Assembly: GCA_965214705.1 (NCBI GenBank)
Contig: OZ243972.1
Location: forward strand, 2,464,001 to 2,528,000
Source of the DNA: Alphaproteobacteria bacterium
GTDB lineage: Bacteria; Pseudomonadota; Alphaproteobacteria; UBA828
Reading direction: 5' to 3'
DNA length: 64,000 nt
Position numbers and translations under genes: made by a program. How positions within the stretch are numbered: the stretch's first letter is position 1; the number at the start of each line of letters is the position of its first letter. This document shows, one piece after another, positions 40,710 through 50,789 of this stretch. Under the pieces are notes generated by a model. That model was not told the DNA's origin, ran no database searches, and worked only from the letters and a program-made list of their open reading frames with translations.

Positions 40710-42041
40710 ATGACGCCGCAAGAGCCGGACAGGCCGCCCGGTCCGCGCACGACCGGCGGGCAGGATGCGGCCGTCGTGTTCGCGACCCAAGTTGGCAGGG
40801 TCATCTTCGGCCTGGCGATCCAGAGTCTTTTGGCCTACACGCTGCTGCCGGAGGGGCGCGGCAGCTTCGCCCTGTGCGTGGTGTTCGCAAGTGTTCTCGG
40901 CGTGCTCTTCACGCCGGGGGCGCGAGAAGGCGCGCAGTATTTCGTCATGACGAAGCAGGCGACGGTTTCGGAAGGCATTGGCGCCGCCCTGGCGATCTGC
41001 CTCGCCGGCGGGGGCTTCGCGATCGCACTGGTGGCTCCGTTCGTCCATAGCGAGTCGGCGTTCTTCCAGCAGGCGGAGACGCGCTCCTTCTACCTGGCGC
41101 TCGCCCTGGTTCCCGTCATGGCGTTCTCGATCGCCATGGAGTACCAACTCGCCGCGCTCCGGCGCTTCGGACATCTCGCGGCGTTCTCCCTGCTGCATGT
41201 CGCCGTGAACATCCTCGTTCTGCTGGTCCTCCTCTGGGCCGGGCGGCTCGGGGTGGACGGCGCCGTCGCGGCGGTCATTGCCGCGCATGGCTGCACGATA
41301 GCCTTGTGCGCGCGGTTCCTGCGGCGACGTCACGGGCTGGTTCTGGCCAATCCGTTCCACGCCCCTTCCGCGCGTATCGTCGGCTATGGCCTGCGGTTCC
41401 ATCCCGCGGGCCTAGGCGGCGCGCTGGAGATGAGCGCGGCCGTTCTCATTCTCGGGCTGTTCGCAAGCCAGGCGGAAATCGGCCTGTTCGCAACCGCGAG
41501 CGCTCTCGTGTTCCGACTGAAAATGATCTCGGACTCGGTCGGCAACGCGCTGCTGCCCCGTATCGCCGGCAGCGGCCGCCCGGAACTGACGACGCTCTGC
41601 CTGCGCGTCGTCTTGTGCGGCACCGCGACCGCGAGTCTCGCCGTGCTGGCGGTAAGCGAGCCGCTGGTCCGGATACTGTTCTCGGAGGCCTTCCTGCCGG
41701 CGGTCCCGCTGCTGTGGATCATCGCCCTCGGAGTACTCGCCTGCGCCTGCGCCGGCATACTTGGAACCTATTTCAAGGCCATCGACCGCCCGGGCGTCTG
41801 TTCCTGGGCCGTCTCCTTGGGCTTGGTAGCGAACCTCATTGCGATTCCCGCGCTCTATCCGGCGATCGGCGTCGAAGCCGCGGCCTGGGGGCTGACCCTC
41901 GGCATGAGCTGCCGACTCCTCATTCTCGCGGCGGCGTTCGGAAGAGCGACTGGAATGGGCTGGCTCTCAATCTGGCTGCCGCGACCCGGCGACGCGGTCT
42001 CCGCCTGGCGGGCATTCCGCGCCGCGCTCGGCAGCGGGTGA
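40710..42041 (+). CDS. wzx: Wzx-like oligosaccharide flippase
   Basis: Multi-TM; LLPEGRGSFAL, EIGLFATA, ILFSEAFLPAVPLL; located in the GT operon. Confidence 0.8.
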   Translation: MTPQEPDRPPGPRTTGGQDAAVVFATQVGRVIFGLAIQSLLAYTLLPEGRGSFALCVVFASVLGVLFTPGAREGAQYFVMTKQATVSEGIGAALAICLAGGGFAIALVAPFVHSESAFFQQAETRSFYLALALVPVMAFSIAMEYQLAALRRFGHLAAFSLLHVAVNILVLLVLLWAGRLGVDGAVAAVIAAHGCTIALCARFLRRRHGLVLANPFHAPSARIVGYGLRFHPAGLGGALEMSAAVLILGLFASQAEIGLFATASALVFRLKMISDSVGNALLPRIAGSGRPELTTLCLRVVLCGTATASLAVLAVSEPLVRILFSEAFLPAVPLLWIIALGVLACACAGILGTYFKAIDRPGVCSWAVSLGLVANLIAIPALYPAIGVEAAAWGLTLGMSCRLLILAAAFGRATGMGWLSIWLPRPGDAVSAWRAFRAALGSG

Positions 42042-44006
42042 ACGTTCCAGCCATGCTTGGAACATCAGGATGTTCCAGAGGCGTTGCTCCGCACTATCGT
42101 GCACTTTCAGGAATGCGCCCCACGCTTGGCGAACCGGGGCGGGATCGAAAAACCCTTCCTCCCGAAGCCGCCGTTCGTCGAGCAAGGCTTCCGCCCAGTC
42201 CCGGAGAGAACCACGCAACCACGAGGCGAGCGGCACACCGAATCCCGCTTTCGGCCGATCGACGAGCCGCATCGGCACGTACCTGAAGAGCACCTGCCGC
42301 AGGATCCATTTGCTCTCGTTGCTGCGGATCCTGAACGACAACGGCAAACGCCAGACGAATTCCATGACCTGGTGATCCAGGAGTGGTGCGCGCGTCTCGA
42401 GACTGACGGCCATCGCTGCCCTGTCGACCTTGACCAGAATGTCGTCGGGGAGATAACTCTGCATGTCTACCGCCATCAGCCGTTCAGCGTATTCGGCCGC
42501 GATGGGCCAATTCGCAGCTTCGTTCAGGACGGTAGCGGGTTCCGAGGCCCCGCGCACGATCGCGGATGGATCCTGGCAGTGGGAGAGGCGGCGCCAATGG
42601 AGTTCTTCAGGAGTCCGACATGCGATCAGCGCCGCCAGCTTGGAGACCTTGGCTGGCGTCCAGCGCTGCCCGCGGACCGTGGGCAACCGCCGGAGAAAGC
42701 GGCCGAGCACGGCGCTGTCCCGGTCGGGTGCGAGGAAGGCCGGGAACGCGCCCGCGATGATGCGGCGCAGCGGTCGTGGCGCCCGGGATAACGAACGCCA
42801 GATCCGGGGGTGTTCGAGATAGTGGGGATAGCCGCCGAAGAGTTCGTCGCCGCCGTCGCCGGACAGGGCTACGGTTACACGCTGGCGCGCCAACGCGGCG
42901 ACCAGGAAGGTCGGAATCTGGGAGGGATCGGCGAAGGGCTCGTCGAAAAGATTCGGCAAGCGCGGAATGACGTCCAGCGCCTGGCGCACCGAGACGTACA
43001 ACTCCGTATGTTCGGTTCCCAGATGGCTCGCCACGGCCTTGGCGTACGGCGCTTCGTCGTATTCGACTTCATCGAATCCGATGGTGAACGTCCGCACCGG
43101 CCGCGTGGATTGCGCCTGCATCAATGCGACGACGGCCGACGAATCGATCCCGCCGGACAGGAACGCGCCAAGCGGAACGTCCGCTGCCATCTGCCGGCGG
43201 ACCGCCCGCAGCAACAGGTCGTTCAGGACGTCCACCGCATCTTCGGGGGCGCCCTCGAACGGTTCGGCCCGGCCCGCGGTCATCACGTCCCGCAAAGACC
43301 AGTACGGCCGCGGTTCCGTCAGTTCGCCCGCATGCTGGCCTGAAGCGCCGACGGCCATCCTGACGCATGTGCCCGGCGGCAGCTTTCGAACGCCCTCGTA
43401 AATGGACCAAGGGGATGAAACATAACCATGGCGCAAGAGCAGGGCGAGCGCGCCTCTGTCGATGTCTCCCGCGAACGCAGGATGCGCCGCGAGCGCCTTC
43501 AACTCGGACCCGAACAGAAACACACCGTTCTGCCAACCGTAGTAAAGCGGTTTTTCGCCGACCCGGTCGCGGGCCAGATAAAGGGCCCTGTCCTTGCGAT
43601 CCCAGAGCGCGAAGGCGAACATGCCGGTGGATGCCCGCAACGCCTCGTCCATTCCCCAATGCTCGATGGCGGCCAACAGCGTTTCCGTATCGGAATGCCC
43701 TCTCCAGGGAATGCTCTGACGATGGGCGTCGAGCCGTCGTCTGAGCTCCCGGTGGTTGTAGATCTCGCCATTGAAGACGATCACCCTTCGCCCGGAACCG
43801 GACAGCATCGGCTGGTGGCCGGCCGGCGACAGATCGACGACGGCCAGACGGCGATGTGCGAGAGCGACTCCCGCCTTGAGATCCAGCCAGACCCCGGCAT
43901 CGTCGGGACCGCGATGCACGACTGTGTCCGCCATCTCGTGGGCGATCGATGACGCTGCCTCCGACGTGAGAGGTCCTCTTGCAAGAAAACCGGCTATGCC
44001 GCACAT
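41967..44006 (-). CDS. asnB: Asparagine synthase (glutamine-hydrolysing) family amidotransferase of glycan loci
   Basis: MCGIAG, HRGPD, FNGEIYN, LSGGIDSS, SGDGGDELFGGY, KVDRAAMAVSLETRAP. Confidence 0.93.
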   Translation of the reverse strand: MCGIAGFLARGPLTSEAASSIAHEMADTVVHRGPDDAGVWLDLKAGVALAHRRLAVVDLSPAGHQPMLSGSGRRVIVFNGEIYNHRELRRRLDAHRQSIPWRGHSDTETLLAAIEHWGMDEALRASTGMFAFALWDRKDRALYLARDRVGEKPLYYGWQNGVFLFGSELKALAAHPAFAGDIDRGALALLLRHGYVSSPWSIYEGVRKLPPGTCVRMAVGASGQHAGELTEPRPYWSLRDVMTAGRAEPFEGAPEDAVDVLNDLLLRAVRRQMAADVPLGAFLSGGIDSSAVVALMQAQSTRPVRTFTIGFDEVEYDEAPYAKAVASHLGTEHTELYVSVRQALDVIPRLPNLFDEPFADPSQIPTFLVAALARQRVTVALSGDGGDELFGGYPHYLEHPRIWRSLSRAPRPLRRIIAGAFPAFLAPDRDSAVLGRFLRRLPTVRGQRWTPAKVSKLAALIACRTPEELHWRRLSHCQDPSAIVRGASEPATVLNEAANWPIAAEYAERLMAVDMQSYLPDDILVKVDRAAMAVSLETRAPLLDHQVMEFVWRLPLSFRIRSNESKWILRQVLFRYVPMRLVDRPKAGFGVPLASWLRGSLRDWAEALLDERRLREEGFFDPAPVRQAWGAFLKVHDSAEQRLWNILMFQAWLERSPAAERGAECPPGGDRVAGSRQPD

Positions 44007-44161
44007 GCCGCGCTCTCCATGGGCCGGGTCACTGCCCGCGACAAATGGTAACTGCCAAGGTCGTCTGATTTGTCATTTTGGGCCAGTGAGTTGAGGCGTG
44101 TCTCGGTCGGAATTGGCGTAAAGGGGTTGACGGGAGTTTCGGGAAATGACTCAACAGCGGC

Positions 44162-45842
44162 ATGAGCAATCCCGAGTCGCCGCGCGGCCCTTCGACGGGG
44201 GCAGCGCCCGAAACGCCCGCACAGAAGATCGCCCATCTGGAAGAGGAGAACACCCGGCTTCGAGAGGAAAACGCTTGGCTTCGGCAGCAGAACGCGCGGC
44301 TGGAAGAGCAAGTCGCGCGTCTCGTCGAGCGCATCGAGGAGTTGGAGCGCCGTCTTGGCCTCGACAGCGGCAACAGTGGCAAGCCGCCTTCGAGCGATGG
44401 GCTGAAGAAGCCGAGGTCGAAGCGGCGAACCCGAAGCCTGCGCGGCAAATCGGGCCGCAAGCCCGGCGGGCAGCCCGGCCATGAGGGCAAGACGCTGCGC
44501 CACCGCGATCACCCGGATCGGGTGAAGGACCACATGCCGGCTTCCTGCAAGGGATGCGGCTCGTCGCTTTTGGACGCGGCCAAGGCGGGAACGCCGGTCG
44601 CCCGCCAGGTCTTCGATCTGCCCGAGCCGAGCCCACTGGAGGTGACCGAGCACCGGGCGCATGCCAAGTGCTGCGGGCATTGCGGGACGGTGACGCGGGC
44701 GGCGTTCCCCGATGGGGTGTCGGCACCGGTGCAGTACGGCCCTCGCATTGCAGGCGTGGCGGTCTACCTTCAGCACGCCCACTTCCTGCCGGAGGATCGG
44801 CTGTCGCAGGTGATGGCCGAGCTGTTCGGCGCGCCGGTGACGGCTGCGACGCTGGCGACGATGAGCGAGAGGGCGGCAGAGCGGCTGCGGGACGTGGCCT
44901 CGCACATACAGAACCTGGCGGCGGGCACGGCGCGGGTGAAGCACATGGACGAGACCGGGTTCCGGATCGGCGGGCAGACGCAGTGGCTTCATGTGATCTG
45001 CACGCCGCATCTGGCGGCGTACCGGGTCAGCGGCAGGCGCGGCGCCTTGCTCTCGGGTGTTTCCGGCATCGTCGTTCACGATCACTGGAAGCCGTACTTC
45101 GCGATGGAGGGGGTGGAGCACAGCCTGTGCAACGCCCATCACCTGCGGGAGTTGCAGGCTCTGGTGGACATCGAAGGGGAGGCTTGGGCCCGGCGGATGC
45201 TCAAGCTCCTGCGCCGGGCCAATCGCGCCGCCCGGATCGCACAGGACAAGGATATCGCCGTTCCGGCGAGGCTTGTGGCGCTGATCGAGCGCCGATACGA
45301 CGAGATCATTGCCGAGGCGTTGGCCTTCCACGAGAGCCAACCGCCGTTCTCGCCTGGCAAGAGGAAGAAACGCCGGAAAGGCTTATCCCCTTACATCCGG
45401 CTTCTCCATATGTGGGGTGCCGGATCGCTGGGCACTTTACGGGCAACCCATTGAGACACGGAAGGAACTGCGACCGTGTCGGATACCGCCGCCGAGGTGG
45501 CCGGTACAACATGTTGGGGAACCGGAGCCAGAGGGATAAGCCTTACGCCGGAAACGACGGATCGGTCACAATCTGGCCTTGAGGCTGCGCGACCACAAGT
45601 GCGCGGTGCTCCGGTTCCTGACCGACCTCGAGGTCGGGTTCACAAACAACGAGGCCGAGCGCGACCTTCGGATGATGAAGCTGCGCCAGAAGATCTCCGG
45701 CGGCTTCCGATCCGCGCAGGGGGCCGAGAACTTCGCCATCCTGCGCAGCGTCATCACCACCGCCAGAAAGCAGGGCTGGAACATCATCGAAGCCCTGATG
45801 AGCCCATCGGATCGGCTCATCGCCACCGTCAAGTGCGCGTGA
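44162..45842 (+). pseudogene. IS66-family transposase interrupted by a 167-bp MITE
   Basis: NSGKPPSSD, GGQPGH, HMDETG, CNAHHLREL, then NNEAERDLR after the MITE. Confidence 0.9.
45378..45544. mobile_element. 167-bp IS1595-type MITE (type A), copy 2
   Basis: Same sequence as 39358-39524; TSD ACGCCGGA. Confidence 0.92.
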
Positions 45843-46098
45843 GCCGACCCGGCGAGAACTCCCCAACAGCGGAATCATCCCCAGAAACAACCTGGGCAGT
45901 TACGACAAATGCCGCACAAGTCCCAGGCTGGTTTGTGAAGTCCGTCAGGGTGTGTCAGGTTCGCCATACGTCAGGTTGGCCATGCGTGACCATTCGATTC
46001 CGCTTTGCCCGTTCCGCGCCGTGCCCTTTGCCGGCGGGACAGACAACCCCGCCCGGCAGCCGGAGTTGGATTGTACCATAGAACGGACAGAAAGGCCC

Positions 46099-47211
46099 AT
46101 GACAGCCCGCTCCAATACCCTCGAAAGGATCAAAGTTGCCTATGTCACATCGACACTTTGGAGATGCGGTCCATCCATTCAGCTAACAAATATCTTGCGA
46201 CATTTGGACTATGGTAAATTCGAAGTGTTCGTAATAACTCTTTCTCCTGAAAGACAAGATGATTCTCTCATTGGTGAGATAGAACGTCTTCCAATAAGAA
46301 TATATCCGCTTAATGTTAGTAGGTTTTCCGGTCTATTCCTACTGAAGAAACGCCTCCGAGACGCAATTGATCTAGTCCAGCCAGACCTGATACATAGCTC
46401 CGGTTGGCGAAGCGATTCTCTAGTATCGAAATTGAATCGGTCCACCGGCTGGATTGCAACGTGCAGAAACATTCCCGATATAGATTATCCTTTGGAGTTC
46501 GGCAGAGCTCTTGGAGCATACATGGCAAGAAGCCATATAAGGGCTCTGAGAAAATGCAGCAATGTTGTATGCTGTTCAAATTCGATGAAAGCTGAATATG
46601 AACAACGCTACGGTATGAAGGACGCTCTGGCAATACCGAATGGAGTAGAAATGTCCCAGGACATCGTCAGTTTGCGCACAAAGGAATTGGTGTATTTCAA
46701 GGGCGTGACGGTAGGTCGGCTGGTTCCTCGGAAGAATGTTCGGTATTTATGCGAGGTTTTCAAGAGACTGGATAACGGCGTTGCACGACTGACCGTTGTT
46801 GGGGACGGGCCGGAATACAGTGATCTTGCAGGTTACGAGGGCCGCAGAATATCCTTTGTCGGGCATCAGGGCAAAGACGATGTGCACAAATACTTGTGCG
46901 ACTCCGATTTCTTCATGAGTGCGTCCTTAGGAGAAGGATTGCCGAACTCCGTATTGGAGGCGTTGTCAATGGGACTTCCTTGTGTGCTTTCCGACATAGA
47001 GCCGCATCTCGAATTAAAGGATGAAATGCCGCCCGGAAGCGTAGAGATTTTCTCCTTGTCCGATTCCCCCGATGCAGTTGCATGTAGATTGACGAACTAT
47101 TTGGCAACTATCGTGAATCTGCCGAGGCACCAAATCAGGAAACGAACCATAGAGAAGTACTCGGCGGAAAGAATGTCACAGCGCTATCAAGCATTGTACT
47201 CAAGCATCTGA
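46099..47211 (+). CDS. GT4 glycosyltransferase, visibly lower GC
   Basis: IPNGV, VGRLVPRKN, VGDGP, SASLGEGLPNSVLEALSMG; ATG 46099 after GAAAGG. Confidence 0.9.
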   Translation: MTARSNTLERIKVAYVTSTLWRCGPSIQLTNILRHLDYGKFEVFVITLSPERQDDSLIGEIERLPIRIYPLNVSRFSGLFLLKKRLRDAIDLVQPDLIHSSGWRSDSLVSKLNRSTGWIATCRNIPDIDYPLEFGRALGAYMARSHIRALRKCSNVVCCSNSMKAEYEQRYGMKDALAIPNGVEMSQDIVSLRTKELVYFKGVTVGRLVPRKNVRYLCEVFKRLDNGVARLTVVGDGPEYSDLAGYEGRRISFVGHQGKDDVHKYLCDSDFFMSASLGEGLPNSVLEALSMGLPCVLSDIEPHLELKDEMPPGSVEIFSLSDSPDAVACRLTNYLATIVNLPRHQIRKRTIEKYSAERMSQRYQALYSSI

Positions 47212-47658
47212 GCGGCCGTCTATGCACGATCACTTCTTTCAGTGTTCAAGAGAGCCCCTTGCAAAGTCCTGTGCGGGGGCTGTTTGTGTTGGGAGGCTGG
47301 GGTGGAAAGGAGGAGGGGCACGGCACGAATATAGCGTGAACTATCGGGCGAGCGTGCATGTCGACTCGCGCATGAGCGCCGCGGGCGGGGTGCTTTTCCA
47401 CGAAGCATGAGCGTTGCGGGTGCATTTCGGCGCCTGCGTCGCGACGAGAACGTGGCTCTCCGCGCCCCCGTCGTCGAGGGGCGTGCGGGTATGACAGGGA
47501 TGGACCCGAAGGGGGGCGGTCAGGTCAGAAGGCGCATCAACTCAATCAGACAGCGAGCCCGAACCGCCCGCAGACACTATGAGCACCTACGCATCGATCC
47601 GGAAAAGACCGAACAATCTGCGAAATCCGGGCAGCGATCACGTCAAATAATCCGGGAA

Positions 47659-47825
47659 AGGGCTTATCCCTCTGGTTCCGGCTCCCCAAGATGCTGTACC
47701 GGCTGCTTCGACGAAGTCATTTGCCATGGATCCTGTTTTCTAGCCCTTTCATAGCGTTAGCAACTGCAGGGTGGGCAAGCTGGCATTCCACATTTGGGCA
47801 AGCCGTGCTCAAAGGGATAAGCCTT
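47659..47825. mobile_element. 167-bp IS1595-type MITE, divergent type B
   Basis: AGGGCTTATCCC...GGGATAAGCCTT; TSD TCCGGGAA on both sides. Confidence 0.88.
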
Positions 47826-47833
47826 TCCGGGAA

Positions 47834-48000
47834 AAGGCTTATCCCTCTGGCTCCGGTTCCCCAACATGTTGTACCGGCCACCTCGGCGGCGGTATCCGAC
47901 ACGGTCGCAGTTCCTTCCGTGTCTCAATGGGTTGCCCGTAAAGTGCCCAGCGATCCGGCACCCCACATATGGAGAAGCCGGATGTAAGGGGATAAGCCTT
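47834..48000. mobile_element. 167-bp IS1595-type MITE (type A), copy 3, reverse orientation
   Basis: Reverse complement of 39358-39524. Confidence 0.92.
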
Positions 48001-48095
48001 TGGGAGAAATATCAGAAAAATGGTGATGTGAACTACACCGGAAAATTGGACGAATTCTTGAAAGATCATTCAACAGATTTCGTCGAATTGAGGTA

Positions 48096-49306
48096 AAGGC
48101 TTCTCCCCTTGGTTCCGGTGACGCAAGATGTTGATCGTCGCCGGCATCGGCGCGCGTCGCACGCGTGATATCTTGGACTGGCGAGAGCGCTGCCCGGCCC
48201 CGTCACGCGGTGCCGGAGTTCGGTATAATGACTCCGAGACAGCCGGAATGGCTGGCTGCGGCACGGTGTTGACCGGCCGGTGGGATCAGGCGCGTTGTTC
48301 GACGAAGTCGCGGTAGCTGGCGGGTTGAAGGCCGGCGCCGATGCCGAGCAGGGTGTCGAAGGCGGCGTCGGTGTGGCGGCGTCGGTTCCAACGGAAGACG
48401 AACTCGTCGAGGTAACGGCGCAAATGGGCGCGGCGCAGGCCGTGAAAGGTGCCGAGCGCCCAGCGTTTCAGGTTCGAGAAGACGCGATGGGTCCACTTCA
48501 GCACGAGATGGGCGGGCGTGTCGCCGACGATCCTGGCCTCATGGTCGTGCCCGGACAGGCCGGGATAGCCGCTCCAACCGTCGGTGATCACCAGCGCGCC
48601 CGACGCCGAGGTGGCGGCAACGAAGGCGTGCAGGCTGAGCGCGGAGTAATCCACGATCGGCGCGAGGCGGATGCGGCGCGGCTCACCCTCGGGAGACAGC
48701 TCGACCGCTCCGGCGATGAGCATCTTGCCTTGCGCGCTGCGGCCTTGCCCGCCGGTGGGCGGGTCTTGCGCGGTGCGCTGCGGCAACGAGGCTTCGTCGA
48801 TCTCAACCAGATCCTCAAGCAGGCTGCGGTCGGGATCGACCATGGCGCGACGCAGCTTGTGCAGCAGCAGCCACGCACTCTTGTAGCTGCCGAGCCCGAG
48901 CTGGGCCTGGAGTTGCAGGGCGGAGATGCCGTTCGAATGGCTGGTCACCATATGGATGGCGGTGAACCAGGTCTTCAGCGGCAGGTGGCTGCGATGCATG
49001 ATCGTGCCCGCGGTCACCGACGTCTCCTTGCCGCAGCCCGCACATTCCCAACTCGCCCTGCGACGCTTCAACTCCCAACCCTTGTCATGGCCGCAAGCGG
49101 GGCAAACGAAGCCGTCGGGCCAACGCTTTGCCGCGAGGTGTCTGGCGCAGGCCTCTTCATCGGGGAAGCGCGCCTCGAAGGCAGCGCGGGACATCGGGCG
49201 GTCGTGCTTCCAGCGGCTCGGCATGGCGAGAACATTACACGAACAACTCGTCCCTGCCAACCCAAACACAAGATGTCGTCAAACCGGGGTCAAGGGGATA
49301 AGCCTT
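48096..49306 (-). mobile_element. IS1595-family IS (ISSod11-like ends)
   Basis: AAGGCTTCTCCCC...GGGGATAAGCCTT; one transposase; followed by TCCGGGAA. Confidence 0.9.
48286..49224 (-). CDS. IS1595-family transposase
   Basis: RWPDGFVCPAC..WECAGC zinc finger, VEIDE, ITDGW, NLKRWALGTFH, YLDEFVFRWNRR. Confidence 0.93.
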   Translation of the reverse strand: MPSRWKHDRPMSRAAFEARFPDEEACARHLAAKRWPDGFVCPACGHDKGWELKRRRASWECAGCGKETSVTAGTIMHRSHLPLKTWFTAIHMVTSHSNGISALQLQAQLGLGSYKSAWLLLHKLRRAMVDPDRSLLEDLVEIDEASLPQRTAQDPPTGGQGRSAQGKMLIAGAVELSPEGEPRRIRLAPIVDYSALSLHAFVAATSASGALVITDGWSGYPGLSGHDHEARIVGDTPAHLVLKWTHRVFSNLKRWALGTFHGLRRAHLRRYLDEFVFRWNRRRHTDAAFDTLLGIGAGLQPASYRDFVEQRA

Positions 49307-49329
49307 TCCGGGAAATCCAGCGTTAAGTA

Positions 49330-49624
49330 GTGCGGGAGACAAACACCCAGAAACGAGCAGAAGACGTGGCCGCGGATCGCGGCGTCGCAGGAATGGAGAC
49401 CGTGGAACGCATCGCACCGCGCCTCGTGGTCCTCGACCCCTGGTCCGCTTGCACGGCGTGGACGAGAACACGGTCGCAGACGTCGCTCCGACCTCGTACT
49501 TGAGCGAGCGCCACAGCCGCTCGATGAAGACGTTGTCCATGCATCGGCCCCGGCCGTCCATCGAAATGCGGATGCCGGCCGCCTGCAGGCGCCCGGTGAA
49601 GGCAAAGCTGGTGAACTGGCTGCT
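49330..49624 (-). pseudogene. Fused transposase fragments (IS3-family integrase core and IS1634-like C-terminal motif)
   Basis: SQFTS...ISMDGRGRCMDNVFIERLWRSLKYE; AIRGHVFCSFL. Confidence 0.75.
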
Positions 49625-49848
49625 CATGCCTACAGATCACGAATTGAGCCAAAACAAACCGTCGAAGTCAGGGGGATTGCTGGATTGTGTTCTTAGCGTG
49701 GCATGCCGTTATGTAATCCGCGATAAGCTCGTGTAACTGCGAATGTCGTTGACCCTTGGGACGATTCGACTTCGGTTCGAATGCCCGGAACGGATATCAA
49801 TCTAAGTTGTCGCGATAGCGGGACGTTCCGCGAGCGCCGACACCCAGT

Positions 49849-50574
49849 TCAATAGGGTGGTTCCGCCGGACCGCTATAGGCGCAGATCCCGGTTCGCGGT
49901 GAATTGAAGATCGGCATCAGGCTGCCGTGGTCTTCGTGGCCCTCGTGCGCAACGGCGTCGTTCCCGCATATGTAACCCGCCGATTTTCCATCGCCCTCGT
50001 AGTGGCAGTCAAGGCACATGAATTGCGCGGGTCTTTCGCAGATCTCGCACTGAAATGGCTCGTGTTTGTTGCGGGCCATCAATGCGATGGGATGCTCCGT
50101 AGTCGGTTTGCCCCGGCGCTGGCCGACCACCCTAATCACCAGTTCGGTGGTCGACCCGAAGTCATACTTGTGGGACATCTCCAGCCCCGTCGTGAATACC
50201 TGGTCAGCGCTGACATCCATTGCGGGTTCGTCCTCGAAGTAGACTGAATCGACAAAGAGCTGCCTGTATTGCGTTCCCTGAATGCTGAACGCGCTCAGAT
50301 GACCGCAGCAATCCAGCCAGATCTTGCGCAAGTAATGGTCCAGATCGTCCAAAATCGTGCTGCCGCACATTTCAAGATGGAGCCAGTACCCCAATCCATC
50401 CGAGTCCTGCACCTTGAGGTGGAACATGACCTGGGCCGGTTCACCGGCACCGTCCGCCTGCTCAATGGCCTTGCGCCGCTCGGCGCAACTCTGCATATGG
50501 CGTGTCGATCCGTTGGCCGTCATCTCTCTGCCACAGTAGACGCAGTCGCCTCTCGTCTGAACTTGACGGCCCAT
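49849..50574 (-). CDS. pRiA4b ORF-3/TnpR-like Cys-rich protein
   Basis: LDDLDHYLRKIWLDCCGHLSAF, YDFGSTTEL, NSPRTGICAY. Confidence 0.65.
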   Translation of the reverse strand: MGRQVQTRGDCVYCGREMTANGSTRHMQSCAERRKAIEQADGAGEPAQVMFHLKVQDSDGLGYWLHLEMCGSTILDDLDHYLRKIWLDCCGHLSAFSIQGTQYRQLFVDSVYFEDEPAMDVSADQVFTTGLEMSHKYDFGSTTELVIRVVGQRRGKPTTEHPIALMARNKHEPFQCEICERPAQFMCLDCHYEGDGKSAGYICGNDAVAHEGHEDHGSLMPIFNSPRTGICAYSGPAEPPY

Positions 50575-50789
50575 CGACAGTCCTCCCCGCTGCACCCAAC
50601 GCATCGACGATATCCGCTTTGGCCGCGCAGGGGAAGCAGACACGTCCGGATGCTGCCGGCTCGGGCATCGGCCCGCGCGGCCAGCCGGTCAAGCATATGG
50701 TGACGGCCTGCTCTACTTGTTATGGCTCAATTCGTGAACCGTAGGCCCGGCACAGACAAGCCGCTGTGGCAGCCAGAATTCGGTCGAGG

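Larger units (their letters stand above)
44048..45903 (+). mobile_element. Single-ORF IS66-family (ISBst12-like) element with a nested MITE
   Basis: GTAACTGCC...GGCAGTTAC termini; TSD GACAAATG. Confidence 0.92.

Noticed and set aside
47222-47650. Small ORFs downstream of the low-GC GT4
   Set aside because: No motifs and no clear RBS or consistent coding signal; may be remnant sequence.
47651-48110. Repeat-spacer-like array suggesting CRISPR
   Set aside because: The repeats are IS1595-type inverted termini with 8-bp TSDs, the units are 167 bp, and no cas genes are in the window.
49695-49740. dif/Xer- or RIT-end-like motif ATGCCGTTATGTAATC
   Set aside because: Only a partial match with no convincing partner arm or second copy seen.
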